A DNA stretch of 64,000 nucleotides from Verrucomicrobiales bacterium (GTDB taxonomy: Bacteria; Verrucomicrobiota; Verrucomicrobiia; Verrucomicrobiales; V1-33). How positions within the stretch are numbered: position 1 is the first letter of the stretch; the number at the start of each line of letters is the position of its first letter. Below, one piece after another: positions 59,181 through 64,000 of this stretch. The notes beneath the pieces were generated by a model, which searched no databases, was not told the DNA's origin, and was given only the letters and a program-made list of their open reading frames with translations. Made by a program: the position numbers and the translations under genes. Location of the stretch: positions 44,974 to 108,973 of the forward strand of contig JANOAV010000051.1 in assembly GCA_031411295.1 (NCBI GenBank), read 5' to 3'.

Positions 59181-61976
59181 ATGCCAGCCGACCGACGCAT
59201 TTTCCTCTCCACCGTCACCAGTGAATTCAAATCGCTGCGAGGCAAGCTCGACGCCACCTTGCGCCCGGCGGGATTCAATCCTGAGTTCCAGGAAATTTTC
59301 CCCAACACCGATAGCGATACCGTGCGGATGCTGGCGGATAAAATCCAGCACGATGCCATGGTCGTCCACATCGTGGGGCATCAACCGGGCGCTGTGGCTA
59401 ATCCCAGGGCCGTGGCGGATTTGCTGCGGAATATTCCTGCCGATACCCTGCTGGCGAACCAACCGGAACTCCGGGCAGCCTTGGGGGATCTCTCCGGCAT
59501 TACCTACACCCAATGGGAAGCCCTGCTGGCGCTGCACTTTGGGATTCCGCTGTTAGTCTTCGTGCCTGCGGATGCCATGCAGGCAAATAAAGTTTCCCCC
59601 AGCTTCGCGCAGAAGGACCACCTGAGCCGACTCCTCCTAGCCAGGAAACATCCCGTCCCCTGCGATGGCGAGCTTGATTTCCTGACCAAGATCCCCGCCG
59701 CCATCTATCGCCACTTCGGCGTTTCCGCTCCGGCGGAGAAACCCCGCCTGCTGCCGTATCCCACCTTGGGGAAATTATTCAAAGGCCGGGAGGACTTCAT
59801 GGTGCAGCTCCGGGCGGAGTTGGCGCAGCACACGCCCACCGTCATTCGTGGAGCGCAGGCCATTCATGGACTGGGCGGCGTGGGGAAGACCCGGGCGGCG
59901 GTGGAGTATGCTTATGCCAATGAACATCACTACTCCGCCCTCCTCTTCGTCACGGCGGATACTCCAGAGACCTTGCAGCGGAATCTAGCCGGACTCTGCG
60001 GGCCGTTAGTGTTGGATCTGCCGGAGCAGAGCGTCAAGGAGACCGACGCCCAAGTCCATGCCGCCATCCATTGGCTGCGGCAGCATCCGGACTGGTTCCT
60101 CATCATCGATAACGTGGACAGCCCGGAGTCGAAGCAAGTCGTCCTGGCCTTGCTGCAGCAGATTGGGGCGCATGGTCATGTGCTTATTACCAGTCGGCTG
60201 GAGCATTGGCCCACGGGCTTTAGTGCCCTGGCGTTGAATGTCTTGGATGAGGCAAACAGCATCCGCCTGCTGCTGGATCATACAGAAGGGAAACGCCACG
60301 CCACCCCGGAGGATGAAGCCCTGGCGGGAAAGATCGCGCGGGAGCTGGGCGGCTTGTGTCTGGCCTTGGAGCAAGCGGCGGCTTACATTCGGCAGAACGG
60401 CTGTGGCTTCGCGCAGTATCTTGCGGCTTGGGAGAAATCCAGCGTGCTCCTGCACCAGCAATATTCCGACCGGGGCATCGACGACTACCATGCTGAAATG
60501 TCCGTGCCCCGCAGCCTCGTCGTCACTTACGAGACCAGCCTCTCTCAGCTCACCGCTCCTGCGCGGGAACTCTTCCTCATCCTCTCCTGGCTGGCACCAG
60601 AACCCCTGCCGCTGAAACATTTGGATGCTTTTGAAGGCGTTGACGCTCGTAGCGGCCTCAACGAACTAAAGGACTTCCATCTCGCCACTCTGAACCCACA
60701 GGACCAAACCTTCAGCGTCCATCGCCTGCTCCAGGAAATTTCCCGCCAGCAACAACCGGAGCCCCAGCCCCCAGCGCTCCTCACTGCGCTGGAGTGGATC
60801 AATGGAGAAATGCCTGACGACACTGACAATGTGCAGACATGGCCAGTGGCAGGTCCATTAATGCCTCATGTGGTGGATGTCGCCAATTTTGCCTCTCTGC
60901 GTGACATACCTGAACCGTCGGCTAGGTTGTTACTCCAAGCTGCATTACTATTCAGAACTAAAGCAAATTTTCTTGAGGCTGAGGAATTGTGTTGCCGAAG
61001 CATAGAGATCCGCTTTAAGCACCTTGGGGCAAATCATCCTGCTTTAGCAATTGGGCTCAATAACTTAGCACAAGTGCTGCAAGCGACGGGCCAACTCGAT
61101 AAGGCTGAGTCGCTGATGGAGAGGGCACTTGCCATTGACCAGGCAGAATATGGCCCGCAGCATCCCAACGTCGCGATGAGGCTTTGTAATCTAGGCTTAT
61201 TACTTATGGTAAAAAATCGACTGGCTGATTCGGAAAAGCTGTTGCGAAGAGCAGTAGAGATTAACATTTCCTGCTTTGGAATGCATCATCCAAGTGTCAC
61301 AAGAGATTTGAAGAACCTCGCATCTCTGCTCAAACTCACAAACCGAACCACCGAGGCGGAACCACTGATGCGCATGGTGTTATCTCGGGATGAAGCCGAG
61401 TTTGGCTCGGCACATCCGAACGTTGCTCTCGATCTCAATAATTTAGCTCAGCTCCTTGTAGCAACTGCCCGTCTAAAGGAAGCAGAACCACTGATGACGA
61501 GAGCACTAGAGATTGATGAATCTAGCTTTGGACCGACTCATCCAAAAGTGGCGGTTCGTTTAAACAATTTTGCAGGCTTGCTTCTGTCCACTCACAGATT
61601 TTCTGAAGCGGAGCCGCTGATGCGGCGGGCACTGGCGATTGATCAAGCCAGCTACGGCCAGGACCATCCTGCTGTTGCCAGAGACCTCAACAACCTCGCA
61701 CAATTGCTCCAGGCCACCAACCGCCTGACGGAGGCGGAGCCGCTGATGCGGCGGGCGCTGGCGATTGATGAAGCCAGCTATGGCCAGGACCATCCCAAGG
61801 TTGCCATCCACCTCAACAACCTCGGGCGATTGCTCCAGGATACCAACCGCCTGACGGAGGCGGAGCCGCTGATGCGGCGGGCGGTGAAAATCTGGGAGGC
61901 CAGCTTCGGGCTGGAGCATCCCAATAGTGTCGGAGGGCGGAAGAACCTGGAGGCTTTGCTGAAGAAAATGCAGTAG
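59181..61976 (+). CDS. NLR-like STAND protein: DUF4062-like N-terminus, NB-ARC, 42-aa TPR array
   Basis: RIFLSTVTSEF; Walker A GLGGVGKT; Walker B LIIDNVD; LITSR; GGLCLAL; VHRL; about 8 repeats of HP.VA..LNNLA. Confidence 0.9.
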   Translation: MPADRRIFLSTVTSEFKSLRGKLDATLRPAGFNPEFQEIFPNTDSDTVRMLADKIQHDAMVVHIVGHQPGAVANPRAVADLLRNIPADTLLANQPELRAALGDLSGITYTQWEALLALHFGIPLLVFVPADAMQANKVSPSFAQKDHLSRLLLARKHPVPCDGELDFLTKIPAAIYRHFGVSAPAEKPRLLPYPTLGKLFKGREDFMVQLRAELAQHTPTVIRGAQAIHGLGGVGKTRAAVEYAYANEHHYSALLFVTADTPETLQRNLAGLCGPLVLDLPEQSVKETDAQVHAAIHWLRQHPDWFLIIDNVDSPESKQVVLALLQQIGAHGHVLITSRLEHWPTGFSALALNVLDEANSIRLLLDHTEGKRHATPEDEALAGKIARELGGLCLALEQAAAYIRQNGCGFAQYLAAWEKSSVLLHQQYSDRGIDDYHAEMSVPRSLVVTYETSLSQLTAPARELFLILSWLAPEPLPLKHLDAFEGVDARSGLNELKDFHLATLNPQDQTFSVHRLLQEISRQQQPEPQPPALLTALEWINGEMPDDTDNVQTWPVAGPLMPHVVDVANFASLRDIPEPSARLLLQAALLFRTKANFLEAEELCCRSIEIRFKHLGANHPALAIGLNNLAQVLQATGQLDKAESLMERALAIDQAEYGPQHPNVAMRLCNLGLLLMVKNRLADSEKLLRRAVEINISCFGMHHPSVTRDLKNLASLLKLTNRTTEAEPLMRMVLSRDEAEFGSAHPNVALDLNNLAQLLVATARLKEAEPLMTRALEIDESSFGPTHPKVAVRLNNFAGLLLSTHRFSEAEPLMRRALAIDQASYGQDHPAVARDLNNLAQLLQATNRLTEAEPLMRRALAIDEASYGQDHPKVAIHLNNLGRLLQDTNRLTEAEPLMRRAVKIWEASFGLEHPNSVGGRKNLEALLKKMQ

Positions 61977-61978
61977 GC

Positions 61979-62083
61979 GTGGCGGGGGCATTCTGCCCCC
62001 AAGCCCTGCATCATGAGGGAGCCACACATGGGGGAGGATGTGGGCTGCGGGTTGCTGGCTAGGGGGCAGAATGCCCCCGCCAC
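61979..62083. repeat. REP-like inverted pair
   Basis: GTGGCGGGGGCATTCTGCCCCC / GGGGGCAGAATGCCCCCGCCAC. Confidence 0.75.
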
Positions 62084-62150
62084 AGGCATGGCATCGATCT
62101 GCAACTTGAAAGCCTATCGCTGCGGTTCCTGTCCCTGCGAGTGGAACGAA

Positions 62151-62220
62151 TTTACAAAATCATGGTTACAAAATCATGCGGGGATCATGGGCATTATTCT
62201 ATAACCATGATTTTGTAAAA
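62151..62220. repeat. AT-rich inverted repeat
   Basis: TTTACAAAATCATGGTTA / TAACCATGATTTTGTAAA. Confidence 0.75.
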
Positions 62221-62314
62221 ATCCTTCCACCCCGAGAGCCATCAAGGCGTGGAGGACAGAAAAGTTAAGATATCGCGCGGATCGTTTTTCATGGCTCGTA
62301 GAGGCGTGTCTAGG

Positions 62315-62569
62315 TCTCAGTCCTGTAAGGACGGGGCACCAAAGCCCAGGGTGCAGCAAAGCGTAACCCTGGGTCTGCGCCCACATTTCGATCTAAGCCC
62401 TGAAAGGGCGAGACATCGGCAACACGCTGGGAGTGACTCGATCTCCGATTGGCCCCCATCACATTCCATTGTCACGCCCTTACAGGGCTGCTTGTGGTTG
62501 GTGATTCCTTCCCAGGGTTACGCTTCGCTGCACCCTGGGCTTTGATGTCCCGTCCCTACAGGACTGAGA
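62315..62569. repeat. ~255-bp foldback element (REPIN/MITE-like)
   Basis: Arms TCTCAGTCCTGTA.GGACGGG.CA.CAAAGCCCAGGGTGCAGC.AAGCGTAACCCTGGG and its reverse complement; inner AGCCCTG.AAGGGCG pair. Confidence 0.85.
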
Positions 62570-62867
62570 TGGACTTCCAATTTGCCGGTTAGTGTGAGGT
62601 TAGTGCTGTTAGTCTTCCCCGCTTCCCACCACAGCGTCCCAGAGCTTTCCCTGACAGCCGACAAAAATTTCCAACGAAAGTCTGTAACAGTTCTCTAAAA
62701 ATTCCTTATTGGACAACACAGCCTTTTCCCATTTCCCGGACATCGGATCAACGGAAGAGGGGCCACCCCAGAAGCATCATGCGCTCACCAACTGACATTT
62801 CCGGATCGGACATTCCAACGCAGGCCCCTGTGTTGCCGGAGGGGGCGTGGGCCGCTGGGAAATCCAC

Positions 62868-63161
62868 TCCCTCCCGTGCCGGGACGCCTCCCTCCCACGG
62901 CGGAAGGGAATTCTCCAGCCACCGGAGGGCTTTTTTCAGGGACACCACGGCTCCCTCCCGCCCCAAGGGATCGATCTCCCGCCCCAAGGGATCGATCCCC
63001 AGCCCCAAGGGATCGATCTCCAGCCGTAAGGGATCTATCCCCTGCCGCGAGGGATTGATCCCCCGCCGCGAGGGAACGATCTCCTGCTGCGAGAGAACGA
63101 TCTCCTGCTGCGGGAGGGCGATCTCCGGTGGCTCGACGGGCCCCTCCTGTCGCTCCATTTC
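62868..63161. repeat. Degenerate 21-bp tandem array (~14 units)
   Basis: Core GATCTCCCGCCCCAAGGGATC; unit starts at 62868+21n. Confidence 0.85.
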
Positions 63162-63245
63162 CCCCTCCAGTCGCGCGGGGGAGGCCCCTTCCCCCGCCGC
63201 CACTCCCATTTCCCGATTTCCAACTCCCTTCACCCTTACCACCGC

Positions 63246-64000
63246 ATGAAACCGCTCTCCTGGGACTCCATCAACCCCGCCACCGGAACCCCCTACACGT
63301 GGGGGGACAAAAATTTACGCTGGGGTAGTCCCGCAGTCATTCTGGAGCCAGGCGATCCCGGCTACACGCCGCCGGAAGCGCCCCTCCCGCAACCAAAACC
63401 CAAAACCAAAACCAAACCCATGAAAAGACAGGTATACTATCCCACGAGCACCGCAGAACAAATCATCTGGCTGGAAAACTTCCGCAATAAAATCGCGGGA
63501 CACGCCGCCAGTCTGGGCGTCAGCCCCGCCGCCTGTGCTGCCGCCATCGCAGATGCGCGATGGGTCATCTACGTCATCGGCTCCTGGCTGCCCGCCGTGC
63601 GCCAGTGGCAACTCTCCTGCACAGATGCCGCCGCCGAAGCCCAATCCCCAGACGGCCCCGGCACCATGGTCCTCCCCGTCTTCGTCCCACCCGGCCTCCC
63701 CGCCGCCGTGGCCCCGGACCCCGCCGTGGTCCCGGTGAAAGTAGGCGCGCTGGACCGCATCTTTGCCCTGGTGCAAGTCATCAAGAAGGCCGCCAACTTC
63801 ACGGAGACCAACGGCACAGATCTGGGCATCATCGGCTCCGAAGCCACCGGCCCCGACCTCAACACCATCGCCCCCACCATCAGCGTCCAAGTCACCGCCA
63901 GCGGCGTGAAAATCACCTGGGGCTGGAACGGCTGGGGAGCTTGGCTGGACATGTGCGAACTGCAAGTGGATCGCGGCACCGGCTGGGGCCCCCTGGCCTT
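63246..64000 (+). CDS. Hypothetical protein, 3' truncated by the window
   Basis: Manual translation MKPLSWDSINPATGTPYTWGDKNLRWG...PKPKTKTKP-MKRQVYYP...WLENFRNK..., open to the window end; second in-frame ATG at 63420. Confidence 0.8.
   Translation, partial: MKPLSWDSINPATGTPYTWGDKNLRWGSPAVILEPGDPGYTPPEAPLPQPKPKTKTKPMKRQVYYPTSTAEQIIWLENFRNKIAGHAASLGVSPAACAAAIADARWVIYVIGSWLPAVRQWQLSCTDAAAEAQSPDGPGTMVLPVFVPPGLPAAVAPDPAVVPVKVGALDRIFALVQVIKKAANFTETNGTDLGIIGSEATGPDLNTIAPTISVQVTASGVKITWGWNGWGAWLDMCELQVDRGTGWGPLA

Noticed and set aside
62868..63161. CRISPR array (also considered for 33611-33990 and 29521-31332)
   Set aside because: No unique spacers of constant length between identical repeats, and no cas genes.

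Overview
GC-rich bacterial chromosomal segment. DUF1501, sulfatase, lamin-tail/CotH giant protein and the REP-like palindromes point to the PVC superphylum, most likely Verrucomicrobiota (inference). Most of it is core or metabolic: ygiQ-like radical SAM (partial), pyk, kup, hisI-folK-panB, der, a PHP histidinol phosphatase, rpsO-pnp, an Aas-like fusion and a GDPD. I saw no rRNA, tRNA, CRISPR, integrase, transposase or reverse transcriptase. The most unusual signal recurs at three loci: compact accessory cargo sits tightly between imperfect duplicated pieces of local chromosomal sequence, with no mobility gene nearby. (1) Downstream of pnp, two decayed, allelically diverged pnp fragments and a second pnp terminator alternate with an FGE-domain/hydrolase pair and a VapBC module. 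(2) Between panB and der, three direct copies of a ~75-bp repeat each bracket a single orphan gene. (3) Upstream of an NLR-like NB-ARC-TPR gene lie truncated copies of its own promoter and 5' end. Also noted: a mosaic TPR array, a 21-bp tandem array that is open on both strands, a candidate structured ncRNA, a papain-like protease with a 24-bp-repeat acidic tail, an in-frame TGA in the FGE gene, and frequent leaderless promoter geometry. All calls come from reading the sequence; no database searches were run.
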